A stretch of 64,000 nt of DNA, taken from contig OX597836.1 of NCBI GenBank assembly GCA_951406725.2, forward strand, positions 34,038,001 through 34,102,000. The letters are read 5' to 3'. Made by a program: the position numbers and the translations under genes. Under the pieces are notes generated by a model. It was not told the origin of the DNA. It ran no database searches and was given only the letters and a program-made list of their open reading frames with translations. The DNA comes from Octopus vulgaris (Eukaryota). Below are positions 13,434-27,729 of the stretch, in pieces (position 1 is the stretch's first letter; every line of letters starts with the position of its first letter).

Positions 13434-13687
13434 TGTAAATAAATATATCTAATGATATATTTATATATATATATTTCTGCGCCAGTTAAGTCCTTAATTA
13501 CATTTTAATAGTAGATTTTCTCGAAAACCAATATAATTATCAAACACTTGAACACATCAAAAGAAATGTTTAACTCCTCCACTTTACTCTTCATAAACCT
13601 TACAAAATGATTCATTTCAAGACGAGAACCTAACCCAGGTTGGCTCCTGTGTGTATGGGTTCTTTTTTTGCACTTTTTGTCATTTGC

Positions 13688-14209
13688 TAGTAGCAGTAGT
13701 AGTAGTAGTAGTTGTAGTAGTAGTAGTAGTAGTAGTAACAGTAGTAGTAGTAGTAGTAGTAACAGTAGTAGTAGTTATAGTAGTAGCAGTAGTAGTAGCA
13801 GTAGTAGTTGTAGTAGTAGTTGTAGTAGTAGTAGTAGTATTAGTAGTAGTAGTAGTAACAGTAGTTGTAATAGTTGCAGTAGTAGTAGTACTTGTAGTAG
13901 TAGTAGTTGTAGTAGTAGTAGTTGTTGTAGTAGTAGTAACAGTAGTAGTAGTAGCTATAGTAGTAGCAGCGGATGTAGTAGTAATACTGGTGGTGGTAGT
14001 TGTGGTAGAAGTAGTAGTAGTATAAGTACAAGTGGTGGTAGTATAGGTCGTAAAGGTAGTAGAAGTGGTGGTGGTAGTATAGGTAGTTGTAGTGATCATG
14101 GTGGTGGTAGTTGTAATTGTAGTGATAACTAATTATTATTAACATTGTTATTATTATTATTATTATTAGTAGTAGTAGTGGTAGTAGTAGTAGTAGCAGA
14201 AGCAGTAGT

Positions 14210-14282
<73 letters not shown>
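13688..14282. repeat. (GTA)n low-complexity tract
   Basis: Direct inspection. Confidence 0.9.
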
Positions 14283-14283
<1 letters not shown>

Positions 14284-14703
14284 GTTGTATTCAGCTGTTT
14301 ATAGCATGTCAAAACGCAGTGTGATGACGAGTCCGGCTCTTATTTCTAGCAAATCGAGTCGCGGAGTGATTCGAGTGTGAATTCCGCTGCTAATCCTATT
14401 CGTTGTTTTCGATATAATGGGGAGTCAATGGATTAAATACCAGTTATACACTGGGACACAGTTCTGGTCGTGCATTACTCTGCGCTCGACAATTTGTATG
14501 TCTTCTGGCGTGACTGGTTAAAAAGCTTATTTCTCAAACACATGGTTTCGGTTTCAGTTCCTTTGTGATGCACCTTGTGCGAGAGTCTTACCGTAAATCC
14601 TCGAGTATAATCCGCATTTTTTCCCAAAATTTAAAGGTCAAAATCCCTATTGCGTACTATATACAAGGTTAAAAATGAAAAATATTTTCTAAGCAATGTC
14701 CCA

Positions 14704-14933
14704 TTTCTTTATTACCCACAAGGGGCTAAACATAGAAGGGACAAACAAGGACAGACATAGGTATTAAGTCGATTACATCGACCCCAGTGCGTAACTGGTA
14801 CTTAATTTATCGACCCCGAAAGGATGAAAGGTGAAGTCGACCTCGGCGGAATTTGAACTCACAACGTAACGGCAGACGAAATACGGCTACGCATTTCGCC
14901 CGACGTGCTAACGTTTCTGCCAGCTCGCCGCCT
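14704..14933 (-). mobile_element. SINE family C (Nin/Deu-domain-like)
   Basis: Reverse complement of ggcggcgagctggcagaaacg...ctttcatcctttcggggtcgataaattaagtacca. Confidence 0.85.
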
Positions 14934-15139
14934 TTCAATAGGTGAATAATGTACCGGTCAAGAACTGGAGTTGATTGTGTTCTCTCACCTCCTTAAGAAT
15001 TGGCTGCGCTGGGTCAAGGTTCTGTGGGGTCCGTCGTTGAGACTTTTGTTTCCAAGATGTGGATTAATGTTGAGTTAGGTTCTTAGGAACGTTTTATCGA
15101 ACTTGCTGTAAAAAACTATTCAAAGGAAACAGAAATCAT

Positions 15140-15795
15140 GGTGGCATGAACGGATGTGAGTGTATCCATACATCGGCGTGGACGGAAGTGAGAACATGAT
15201 TTTATGGATGGAAGTGAGAACATGGCCATTTGGACGGAAGTAAAAACGACCACTTGGGCGGAAGTGAGAACATGGCCATTTGGGCGGAAGTGAGAACTTG
15301 ACTGTATAGACAGAAGTGAGTACATGGTTGTTTGGACGGAAGTGACATCATTGTAAGGACGGAAGTGATAACATAGCTATTTGGACAAAAGCGAGTACAT
15401 GGCCATTTGGACGGACCTGAGAACAAGGCCATTTGGACGGGAGTGAAAACATGAATATTTGGACGGAAGTGAGGACATCACTACATAGACGGAAATGAGA
15501 ACATAGCCACTTGGACGGAAGTGAGAACATAACTATTTGGACGGAAGTGTGAACATGACTATTGGACGAAAGCGAGAACATGGCCATTTGGACGGAAGTG
15601 AAAACATGGAAATTTGGACGGAAGTGAGAATATCACTATATGGACGGAGGTGACAACACAGCCACTTGGACGGAAGTGAGAACATAGCCACTTGGACGGA
15701 AGTGAGAACATAGCCACTTGGACGGAAGTGAGAACACGCTATTAGGACGGAAGTAAGAACACGGCGTCGTGGTCGGAAGTGAGGACATATCGGAC
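15140..15795. repeat. Minisatellite of about 26-28 bp, more than 20 copies
   Basis: Unit ttggacggaagtgagaacat(g/a)gcca(t/c). Confidence 0.9.
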
Positions 15796-15819
15796 GATGT
15801 ACTGTACAACGGAGAGAAA

Positions 15820-15862
<43 letters not shown>

Positions 15863-16499
15863 AAATGATGAAGAAAATTTAATTTCACGCTTACCCAATT
15901 CCAGTTCAAATCCCATAGGAAGAGATTCATCTTTTATCTCACCCTCTGCTGACAGTCGGCGATAATAATCTACGAACAACCAGCTATATTAATCAAGGTG
16001 GATCAGAAAATGCTTGATAACCAGTGACAAACAATAGTAATATGTGATACTTTATGATAACCGAGCGAGTATATCATTTAATTCATTTTTATTGTAATTA
16101 TACCTCTGTTGATATCGTTCGCTGTGTGATAAGGTATCAAAGTTTGCTAATGGAAGTTAAAAGGAATGAGCCGGGCCTCATTGCCAAAACACTTTCACAC
16201 TTCACTCCAAAAGCTTTATCTTATGAGAAGTAACAAGAAATCCTAGCTTAGTTTCATGAAATTATACCACAAGTCTGATAACAAATATTCCTTTTTACTA
16301 TGGGTACAAGGCCTGATATTTGGGGGAATGGGGCTGGTCGATTACACCAACCCCAGTGCGTAACTGTTACGTATTTCATCGACTCCAAAAGGATAAAAGG
16401 CAAGGTCAGCTCAGAACGTATAGTCGAGAGAAATGCCTTTAAGTAACAATTCTGCCAGCTCGCTCCCTTATTCTGATTATAAATAAAAAAAATAATGTT

Positions 16500-16745
16500 C
16501 CTTCTTGAACCATGCCAGGCTCATAAAAGCCAGTTTCCCGGTTTCAGTGGCGTAGAAATTCCCCACCTGGACGGGACGCTGGTCCGTCGCAGGATTACTC
16601 ATTTTTGCCAGCTGAGTGGACTGGAGCAACGTTAAAATGAAGTTGCTTTGCTCAAGAATACAACGCATCGCCCGATCCAGGAATCGAAACTACAACCTTA
16701 CGATTATGAGTTCAACATCCTAACCACTAAGCCACGCGCCTTCAC
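16500..16745 (-). mobile_element. SINE family B-related element nested among family C fragments (16300-16985)
   Basis: tRNA-like head on - strand (ggcgcgtggcttagtggttagg...gtttcgattcc). Confidence 0.7.
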
Positions 16746-17045
16746 CTGATTATAAATATTAGTTTCACATTCTGATTGCTACAAGGCCAGTAATTTCGTG
16801 GGAGTGGGGAAGTCGATTTCATCGACCCCAGTTCTCAATTAGTATTTATTTTATTGACGCCCCGAAAGGATGAAAGGCAATGTCGACCCCGGCGGAATTT
16901 TACCTCAGAACGTAAAACCGGACGAAATGCCCTTAAACATTTTCTCCGGCATTCTAACGATTCCGCCAGCTTGCTGCCTCATTCGTGATATATTGATTTT
17001 CAAATTTTGGCACAAAAGTAGCAAGTTCTGGGCTGGGGTAAGTCA

Positions 17046-18990
17046 ATTACATCGATCCCAGGTCTTAGCTGGTTCTTATTCTTAAATATGGTTTCTGATT
17101 ACAAATATCTTGGGTCATACATATCATCATCTGAAAAAGATTTTCTAACTAGAAAGGCCTGGTCAGCCTGTAATGATATGCATAAGATTTGGTCATCAAA
17201 TCTAAGTAGAGATTTCAAACTTAAAATCTTCAAAGCCACAGTCGAACCAATTCTACTATATGGCTCAGAAACCTGGACGTTATCAAAGAAGCTTGAGAGG
17301 CGGTTGGATGGAACCTACCCTCGCCTACTCATGAGAGCTCAAAATCTCTCGTGGAAGCGTCATCCAACCAAAATGCAAATATATGGGAAACTACCACCTG
17401 TGTCATCTCTTGTGAAAGGAAGGAGAGTCTATTTTGCTGGACATTGTTGTAGAGCTGAAAAGTAGGCAATTTCCACTCTTTTCCTCTGGAAACCATCTAC
17501 TCGCGATTCCAGAGGGCGCACACTCTCCTACTCTGATGTAATCTCCAGGGATACAGGCATCCAGCAACAGGACCTCTGTAATGCTATGATGGACCGTGAA
17601 GTCTGGCGTAACATAGTAAATTCCATTGTCTCGACCACGGTCGAACAATGATGATGATGATTGTATCGACTTCAAAACGATGAAGAGCAGTCTACCTCGC
17701 CGGATTTTGAAACCCGAATGTAACGACGGACGAAATGCCGATAAGCATTTTATTCTCCTCTACCAATTTATCTTGCCAGCTGGTCGCCTCATTCGTGATA
17801 TACCAGAGACAAGAGCTAAAACCAGTTAAAATAAAAACAAAAAACAAAAATATTACAGAAAGGAAATATTAACCAACCAGCAAGGGTCATATTATCAGCT
17901 TTAAGCGAGATTTGAAACCGGTTTTTACACAAACGTTTTGCAAGCATGTTGTGCCGTAAGTTATTTACATCGATCCCAGGTCTTAGCTGGTTCTTATTTT
18001 ATCAACTTCAAAACGATGACGGGCAATATACCTCGCCGGATTTTGAACCTCGAATGTAAAGACGGGACGAAATGCCGCTAAGCAATTTTTTTCCTCATCG
18101 TGCAATTCATTCTGCCAGCTGGTCGCCTCATTCGTGATATACCAGAGACAAGCGCTAAATCCAGTTAAAAATAAAAACAAAAAATAAAAATAAAATAACA
18201 GAAAGGAAATATTAGCCAACCAACAAGGGACATATTATCAGCTTTAAGCGAGATTTGAAACCGGTTTTTACACACAAGCGTTTTGCAAGCATGTTGTGCC
18301 GTAAGTTATTTACATCGATCCCAGGTCTTAGCTGGTTCTTATTGTATCAACTTCAAAACGATGACGGGCAATCTACCTCGCCGGATTTTGAACCTCGAAT
18401 GTAAAGACGGGACGAAATGCCGCTAAGCAATTTATTTCCTCATCGTGCAATTCATTCAGCCAGCTGGTCGCCTCATTCGTGATATACCAGAGACAAGAGC
18501 TAAAACCAGTTAAAATAAAAACAAAAAATAAAAATAAAATAACAGAAAGGAAATATTAGCCAACCAACAAGGGACATATTATCAACTTTAAGCGAGATTT
18601 GAAACCGGTTTTTACACAAACGTTTTGCAAGCATGTTGTGCTGTAAGTTATTTACATCGATCCCAGGTCTTAGCTGGTTCTTATTGTATCGACTTCAAAA
18701 CGATGAAGGGCAATCTACCTCGCCGGATTTTGAACCCCGAATGTAAAGGCGGGACGAAATGCCGTTAAGCAATTTTTTTCCTCATCGTGCAATTCATTCA
18801 GCCAGCTGGTCGCCTCATTCGTGATATACCAGAGACAAGCGCTAAAACCAGTTAAGATAAAAACAAAAAATAAAAATAAAATAACAGAAAGGAAATATTA
18901 GCCAACCAACAAGGGACATATTATCAGCTTTATGCGAGATTTGAAACCGGTTTTTACACACAAGCGTTTTGCAAGCATGTTGAGCTGTAG
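17046..18990. repeat. Tandem array of about 345 bp x4 derived from SINE C plus flank; first unit split by an RTE fragment
   Basis: tcgatcccaggtcttagctggttcttatt at 17052, 17970, 18315 and 18657. Confidence 0.9.
17082..17660 (+). mobile_element. 5'-truncated RTE-clade LINE (RT C-terminal region, degenerate)
   Basis: DYKYLGS, LKIFKATVEPILLYGSETWTL and FAGHCCR motifs; (ATG)n tail. Confidence 0.9.
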
Positions 18991-19283
18991 CGCTAACTCC
19001 TCAGTGATATATTGGTGAGGGCAATACGAAACCTGCCAACTCGAGCGTATTCTCCTCCTTTCAATTCGTACATGAAAACTGAAGCCTTCATCTTCAGCAA
19101 CGTTACCAAATGTGTTACACTACATTGGAAACCTTTCGTATTTAAACTTATATTTTAAGCTATAATAAGTCTAGCAACTTATTATAGTTCGCTCGGATTT
19201 CATAATTAGTAAAACACACACGCAACATAGAAAAAAACATATAACTAATATATATATACATATATATAAATGTATATATATAC

Positions 19284-19367
<84 letters not shown>

Positions 19368-19615
19368 ATATGTATATGTATATGTATATAGGCGTACACA
19401 CCCGTACCGTACCTATGGATAGCTCTATCAATGTCTCAATCTGCTCTTAAACGCTCTCTTGGGCATACACGTACACAGACTCATAAACAGGAACGCAAAC
19501 ACACACACACACATGCGTGCATATACATCCGCCTACTTACCTTTGCTGAAACTGGTAAAGTAGCAAAAGATTACGCGCGCTGTATATATATATATATCAT
19601 ATATAATATATATAT

Positions 19616-19647
<32 letters not shown>

Positions 19648-19721
19648 ATATATATGTATATATATATGTGTGTGTGTGTATCTAGATGTATACATAACTA
19701 TGTATAAATATATATATATAC

Positions 19722-19772
<51 letters not shown>

Positions 19773-19963
19773 AGAGAGATGTATACATAACTACATATAT
19801 ATATATATATATAGATATAGATGTATCCATAACTATATATATATGTGTATATATGTATATATATATATATCACATATATATAATATATATATATAAATAT
19901 ACATATATAATATATAGATATATATATATATATACACACACACATGTATGTACATATGTATAG

Positions 19964-20031
<68 letters not shown>

Positions 20032-20439
20032 GTGCATATGAGCACATTTACACACTCATATATACACATGCAACACATAAAAACAAACTCACACAAAAAT
20101 AAAAACACACATGTAAGACTGTGTGCAAAAATAACCCCCCAAAAAGAACAACAACAACAAAAAAAAAGACTTTTTGCAAGCTAACAGCGATGAACTTTTA
20201 AAAAATATGGCTGCGAAACAGGGTTGGCGCGGAGCTGGGGGAACTCAAAATGGTTTAACTTTTCGATAAACACAAGAACTATGAAGAGCCCAGTTCCTTC
20301 CATCAGGTGTTTCGCTTTTCCTTTAATATTTATCGTTTTTCTGTATTTTTAGGGATGCTTTTGTTTTTTTTTTTGTTATTTTTTGTTTTTGTTTTTGTCT
20401 TGTTTGTCTCTTGGCCTTCCGTCTTTCGTTTCATTACTT

Positions 20440-20880
20440 CCCTTCTTCTTCTTCTTCTTCTTCTTCTTCTTCTTCTTCTTCTTCTTCTTCTTCTTCTCCT
20501 TCTTCTCCTCCTCCTCCTCCTCCACCACCACCACCACCACCACCACCACCACCTCCTTCTTGTTCTTATCCTCCTCCTCCTCCTCTCCTTCTTCATCATC
20601 ATCATCATCATCACCATCACCATCATCATCAGCATCATCAGCATCATCAGCATCATCTTCTTCTTCTTCTTCTTCTCCTCCTTCTTCTTCTTCTTCTTCT
20701 TCTTCTTCTTCTTCTTCTTCTTCTCCTCCTCCTCCTACTCCTCTTCTTATTCCTCTTCTTCGTCTGCTTCTTCTTCTTCTTCTTCTTCTTCTTCTTCTTC
20801 TTCTTCTTCTTCTTCTTCTCCTCCTTCTTCTTCTTCTTCTTCTTCTTCTTCTTCTTCTTCTTCTTTCTTCTTCTTCATCT
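20440..20880. repeat. (CTT)n/(CCT)n/(CAC)n/(CAT)n compound trinucleotide tract
   Basis: Direct inspection. Confidence 0.9.
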
Positions 20881-21646
20881 ATCCCTGTGGGCTAAAAAAT
20901 CCCCCAATACAAAAAGAAAAAAAAGGAACTGAACAGGGAAACGACGACAAGCAAGGGTTATCGTCTTACTCTTGTATAACACCGAGATTTGGTAGGAGAC
21001 GGGGGGGGGGGAGGGGGCTTAATAGTCATAGTGGTGGTGGTGGTGGTGGTGGCAACGGCGAGAATGGTTGCTGTAATATTTGTGTGCTGCCGATGGTGAT
21101 GGTGATGATGATGGTTATACGGAACATTAATGGTACTTTTTTTTTCTTTTACTTTGGTTGGTGTCGATCACGTTGATGGTGTGTAGGAGTGGTTTGGAGG
21201 TGAGGTGTGGTGTGGTGTGGTGTTGATGATGTTGGTATTGGTGATGGTTTAAGTGGTGGTGATGGTGGTGGTGGTGGTCTTGATCGGATTTCAGAAGACA
21301 GATTTCATTTCTGAGTAAACCATAACGATTTTTCAGGACGGTAACCAGCTGTAGATAGAAGGATATTTTTAGCAACAAGAAACATGTATGTGTGTGTATG
21401 TATGTATGTATGTATGTATGTATGTATGTATGTATGTATGTATGTATGTATGTGTGTGTATGTATGTATGTATGTATGTATATATGAATGTATGTATGTG
21501 TGTGTATATATGTATGTGTGTATATATGTATGTGTATATGTATGTATGTATGAATGTATATGTGTATATATATATATGTGTGTATATATATATATATGTG
21601 TGTGTGTGTGTATATATATATGTATGTGTATATATATATATGTGTG

Positions 21647-21677
<31 letters not shown>

Positions 21678-22107
21678 ATATATATATGTGTATATATATA
21701 TGTGTGTGTGTTTATATATATATCTATATATATGTATCTATATATACACACACATACACACATATATACACACACATATATATATATATTTATTTATGTG
21801 TGCGTGTATGAATTCAAACGCCCACACGCAAACAGATTATTGCATACACTTATATAATATGTAGGTATACATAATACATATATATATACACAAACATAAA
21901 GACCTACATCAGCACACACGCGGACCTGCACACACATATATAGGTACACACACACACGCACACACATATTCCTGTATATAGGCATACATGTATAGATAGA
22001 TAAATATATATACATAACAACATATGTATATGAGTATATATAAACATGTTGTGGGAGTGCGTGTGCGTGTATGAAAAAGTGTTCAAGACAATAATAATAA
22101 TAATTAT

Positions 22108-22166
<59 letters not shown>

Positions 22167-23456
22167 GTTACAGCTACAATATCCTTAACTGGACACGAAA
22201 TGAACTGGCCAAAATAGATAGGAAAACAAGAAAAATAATGACAGGATCTAGGATACATCACCCAAAATCTGACATAGAAAGACTATATATACAACGTATA
22301 GAAGGTGGTAGAGGCCTTATACAGCTGGAAAACTACTATAAAATAACCACCATAGGACTGCAAAAATATCTACTTCAGAAGGAAGGAAAACTGATCCAGA
22401 TAGCGGCAAAACACGAGCAAAACAAAAAACTGTTCTCAGTATTTAAGGAAGCTGACAAATACAAACAAGAAAGCATACCACCTAATAAACATGAAGAAGA
22501 AGAAGAAGAAGATGAAGAAACAACAAAAGCTATAAAACAAATGAAATCCAAACTAAAAACAGAACAGCAACGAACCATGATAAAACGATGGCAAGAAAAG
22601 CCCCTTCATGGTAAATACTGCACTAAACTAAACGCAAAAGAAATAGATAAAGAAAAATCCCAGCAATGGTTGAGAAGCTCAGGACTCAAAGCAGAAACAG
22701 AGGGATTTTTAATTGCAGCACAAGACCAAAGCCTCCCCACCAGAAATTACCAAAAACATGTAATGAAAAGAAATATTACAAGTAACTGCAGAATATGTGG
22801 AGATGGACAAGAAACAATAAATCATATTATCTCTAGCTGCCCAGTCCTGGCTAAGAAGGAATATATTCACAGACATGACAGAGTTGGAACCTACATACAT
22901 TGGAAGCTATGCCAACATTATGGAATAACAACAGAAAAAAGATGGTATAGGCACACACCAGAAAAGGTCACAGAAAACGAGAAAGCAACCATACTCTGGG
23001 ATATGCCGATACACACAGATAGAGAAATTAAGGCCAACAGACCAGATATAGTTGTCAGAGATCATGAAGAAAAAAAATGCTTTTTAATTGATGTATCAAT
23101 ACCGGCAGATGACAACGTGTCTCTAAAAGAAATGGAGAAACTCTCAAAATACGAAGACCTGGAAATAGAGGTAACTAGAATGTGGAATCTGAAAACAGAA
23201 ACAATTCCTATCATAGTAGGTGCATTAGGCATGATAAAAAAATATTCAGACAAATACATAACAAAAACACCAGGACTTACAAACACATATAACATACAGA
23301 AAATTGCACTACTAGGCACTGCCCACATCCTACGCAGAACACTTTCCATACAATAACCATCAGAGCATCACAACAAATCACAGCACATACCCAAGGCACA
23401 CAGAGCTGCGCTCGGTAGTGAAGTGAAAGCACGCTATAAAAATAAAAATAAAACTA

Positions 23457-23460
<4 letters not shown>
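22167..23460 (+). mobile_element. R4/Dong-type non-LTR retrotransposon, 5'-truncated, open frame to 23356
   Basis: RT thumb (GGRGL), CCHC knuckle CRICGDGQETINHIISSC, RHD motif and restriction-like endonuclease (NRPDIV...IDVSIP...KLSKY); (TAA)n on both sides. Confidence 0.95.
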
Positions 23461-23494
<34 letters not shown>

Positions 23495-23509
23495 TAATAA
23501 TAATAAAAA

Positions 23510-23950
23510 AGAAAAATTAAGGCCAATAGATCAGATATAGATGTCAGAGGTCATGAAGAAAAAGATACTTTCTAATTGATGTATCAATACCAGCAGATGA
23601 CAACGTTTCTCTAAAAGAAATGGAGAAACTTTCAAAATACAAAGAGCTGGAAATAGAGGTAACTCGAATGTGGAATCTAAAAACAGAAACAATTCCTATC
23701 ATAGTAGGCGCATTAGGTACGATAAAGAAAATATTCAGACAAATATATAACAAAATCACCAGGACTTACAAATATATATAATATACAGAAAATTGCACTA
23801 TTGGGCACTGCACACATCCTACGCAAAAAACACTTTCAATACAGTAACCATAAGAGCTTCACAGCAAACCACAGCACATGCCCAAGGCACACAGAGCTGT
23901 GCTCATTTGTGCAGTAAAAGCACGTGATAAAAATAAGAGTATGGAATAAA
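23510..23950 (+). mobile_element. Older R4/Dong-type 3' fragment
   Basis: Diverged match to 23025-23460; (TAA)n flanks. Confidence 0.9.
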
Positions 23951-23972
23951 AATAATAATAATAATAATAATA

Positions 23973-24079
<107 letters not shown>

Positions 24080-24089
24080 TATAATTATT

Positions 24090-24270
24090 TATAACGTGCT
24101 TTCACTTCACTACCGAGCGCAGCTCTGTGTGCCTTGGGTATGTGCTGTGGTTTGCTGTGAAGCTCTTATGGTTAGTGTATTGAAAGTGTTTTGCGTAGGA
24201 TGTATGCAGTGCCCAGTAATGCAAGTTTTTGTATTTTATATATATTTGTATGTCCTGGTGTTTTTGTTAA
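24090..24270 (-). mobile_element. R4/Dong-type 3' end, inverted
   Basis: Reverse complement of the 3' UTR (gctttcacttcactaccgagcgcagctctgtgtgccttggg). Confidence 0.85.
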
Positions 24271-24418
24271 CAAAACCTATCCGACGAACGGGAACGTGGA
24301 ACTCTGAGTAACAGATTTTGTTATATTTCTGCTGCTTTTAAATAAAGCATATTACTCTACCTCTGATATTTGAGAACTCTTTTTTCCACCTTGTTTCACA
24401 TTTATGTACTTACTCCGG

Positions 24419-24492
<74 letters not shown>

Positions 24493-24531
24493 ACGTAAAA
24501 CGTAATGGAACATTTGAATTCAAATTGAAAA

Positions 24532-24572
24532 TGGCTGACGACTAGCATCGCGCTTGAAACTCAAGAGTACCA
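24532..24572 (+). ncRNA. Type I hammerhead ribozyme motif
   Basis: TGG-CTGACGA-CTAGCATCGCGCTT-GAA-ACTC-AA-GAGT-A/CCA. Confidence 0.75.
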
Positions 24573-24601
24573 ACGAATTTGAATCAAACTGTTTTGATCA
24601 A

Positions 24602-24655
<54 letters not shown>

Positions 24656-24952
24656 TATATACATGCACATACATAAATGTAATGGACTCTCCTGTCGTTA
24701 TGAAGGTTCCGGTTCCGCAATGTCCGGCTGAATAGCTATACAGATGATTTGTTTATAGCGATCAAATGTTTGCGTTGCACATTAGGTCACTCCCTCAATC
24801 AAGTGGATATTGCCTGTACAGGTACACAAGTACCACACGTGTAACATACCCAAATGTCCTTCGCGCTCTCTCGATCATTCTCTCTCTCTCCTTCCTCTCT
24901 CTGTCTCTATATCTATATATGAATGGATCAAAACAGTTTGATTCAAATTCGT

Positions 24953-24993
24953 TGGTACGCTTGAGTTTCAAGCGCGACGCTAGTCGTCAGCCA
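24953..24993 (-). ncRNA. Type I hammerhead ribozyme motif (inverted copy of 24532-24572)
   Basis: Lies in inverted arms 24497-24610 and 24915-25028; one stem III mismatch. Confidence 0.7.
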
Positions 24994-25244
24994 TTTTCAA
25001 TTTGAATTCAAATGTTCCATTACGTTTTATTTGCGTTAAACTATTTGCTATGATTTTATTGTGATACAAATAGAATAAATATCTACAATATTTTTTCTCC
25101 GTTTTCTTAGATTAATAAATGTAAACTAGACTGTTTATCCCTTTATATTGAAAGAATTCTTCTAACATATCATTGCTAACACAAGTTGGTCCCTGGATTT
25201 TATAATCCCTAAGGAGGACATTACATAATCAAATTGACTGAATA

Positions 25245-25313
<69 letters not shown>

Positions 25314-25354
25314 TCAGAAATAAAATATGTTCGTATATATACATATATATATAT

Positions 25355-25406
<52 letters not shown>

Positions 25407-25508
25407 TATATATACATATATATATATGTTTGTGTATATATATATATATACATTTATACATATACATATATATGTATGTATATATATATATATACATATA
25501 TATGTATG

Positions 25509-25558
<50 letters not shown>

Positions 25559-25579
25559 TATGCATATGTATGAATACAT

Positions 25580-25615
<36 letters not shown>

Positions 25616-25662
25616 CATATGTATACATACATATATATGATATATATGTATACACTTATATA

Positions 25663-25715
<53 letters not shown>

Positions 25716-25824
25716 GTACGTAAATGTATGTATAGAAATGCTCACAACTGTCTGATGAACAAATACGTGACAGCCAGTGCAGTGTTTTCAGCTTCAATAA
25801 AACAAATTCGTATGTGTAAGTACG

Positions 25825-25881
<57 letters not shown>

Positions 25882-26547
25882 CATACACATATGTATATAT
25901 ATAAGTCTCTCTCTATATATATATATATATGGAGAGAGAGAGAGAGAGAGGAGGGGACTTTGCAGTGCACGTTTTCGCTAATTTGGATAAGTTGGACATG
26001 TATGTCGTGGGAAAGAGATGCCAGCAATAACGTTTCGATCGAAAAAAAAAAAAAGACCTTTATAAGAAAGAGAGAGCGAAAACAAACATCGATGCTGTGT
26101 AGCTTTTAACACTCAGAAATAAAATCGCAAACATTTGTTTTTAAAGTAGAAGTCTTAGGCTTAAATTCCAGTAACAACAACACATTAAGAGTTTTTCAAA
26201 GCCGTTTTTTGACATTCATTACCTCAATAAGTAAAATCTTTATTAAGACGGAATTCTCATATATATAAATATATAAATATATATATATAAAGTATTTATT
26301 TAGAAGTTTTATTTATTTATTTATTCATTGCTGTTAATATTTACTTAAGTTTCCCTTTAACGCTGGTATCACCCAGTAACCTTTGAGTGTTCCTTAACAA
26401 AAAAAAAAGAAAAAAAAGGAAAGGGAAAGAAATGGACATAAAGAGAAAATAACAGAATATGTCCCATGTTAACGTAACTGAACAATTACCGGTTTCTTAA
26501 AGTATCTGAAGTAGCAATATAAGGAATAAACACAAACATACACACAT

Positions 26548-26590
<43 letters not shown>

Positions 26591-26692
26591 GACAGGAATA
26601 CATCTATATATGTTTGCCCGTTTATCTTTCTTTCTTTCTTTCTGCCTCTCCCACTGTCTCAATCTGTCTATACATACACACAAACGCACACA

Positions 26693-26733
<41 letters not shown>

Positions 26734-26929
26734 ACACATACACACTCACGCATTGTTTGTAGCCATTTGAGTGACGAGTCGCCTCTACTGCTAGGCTCTT
26801 TATAGGTGTGAAACCAATGGCTATAACGTTTAACTTTCTAATACATACATACATACATACATATATATATACATACATACATATATACATAAATACATAC
26901 ATATATATATACATACATACATATATATA

Positions 26930-26963
<34 letters not shown>

Positions 26964-27068
26964 CCTACATACATACATACATACATTCATACATACATAC
27001 ATACATGCATACATACATACATACATACATACATACATACATAAATACATACATATATACATATATAT

Positions 27069-27101
<33 letters not shown>

Positions 27102-27155
27102 CATACATACATACATACATACATACATACATACATACATACATGCATACATACA

Positions 27156-27189
<34 letters not shown>

Positions 27190-27460
27190 CATATATACAT
27201 ACATACATACATACATATATACATATATACATACATACATACATACATATATACATACATACATACATACATTCATGCATACATAAATGCATGCATACAT
27301 ACATACATACATACATATATACATATATATATACTTATATATATATACATACATACGTACGTATGTATGTATGTATGTATGTATGCATGCATGTATGTAT
27401 ATATATATATATATGTATATATATATGTGTATATATATACATATATATATATACATATAT

Positions 27461-27491
<31 letters not shown>

Positions 27492-27519
27492 CATACATAC
27501 ATATATACACATACATTTA

Positions 27520-27729
27520 TATATAGTTAATCCAAACAAGAAAGCACAAAAAACACAACGCGAAGACGTGGAACAAATGTAGTATTATTGGACGCTCAGG
27601 AAGGAAGGAAAGAAGGATGGTTTAACGTTTCGAGCGGAGCTCTTCGTCGGAAACATAGGAGAAGGAAAGATCCAGAGAAGGGAAGACAGAGGGAAAAAAA
27701 ATCGCCAACGGTACACACGCGGTCACATT

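Noticed and set aside
15140-15795. CRISPR-like array
   Set aside because: Spacers are short and similar to each other, there are no cas genes, and the context is eukaryotic
22046-22166. N-terminus of the 436-aa ORF
   Set aside because: Read-through of flank and (TAA)n into a 5'-truncated LINE; not a real start
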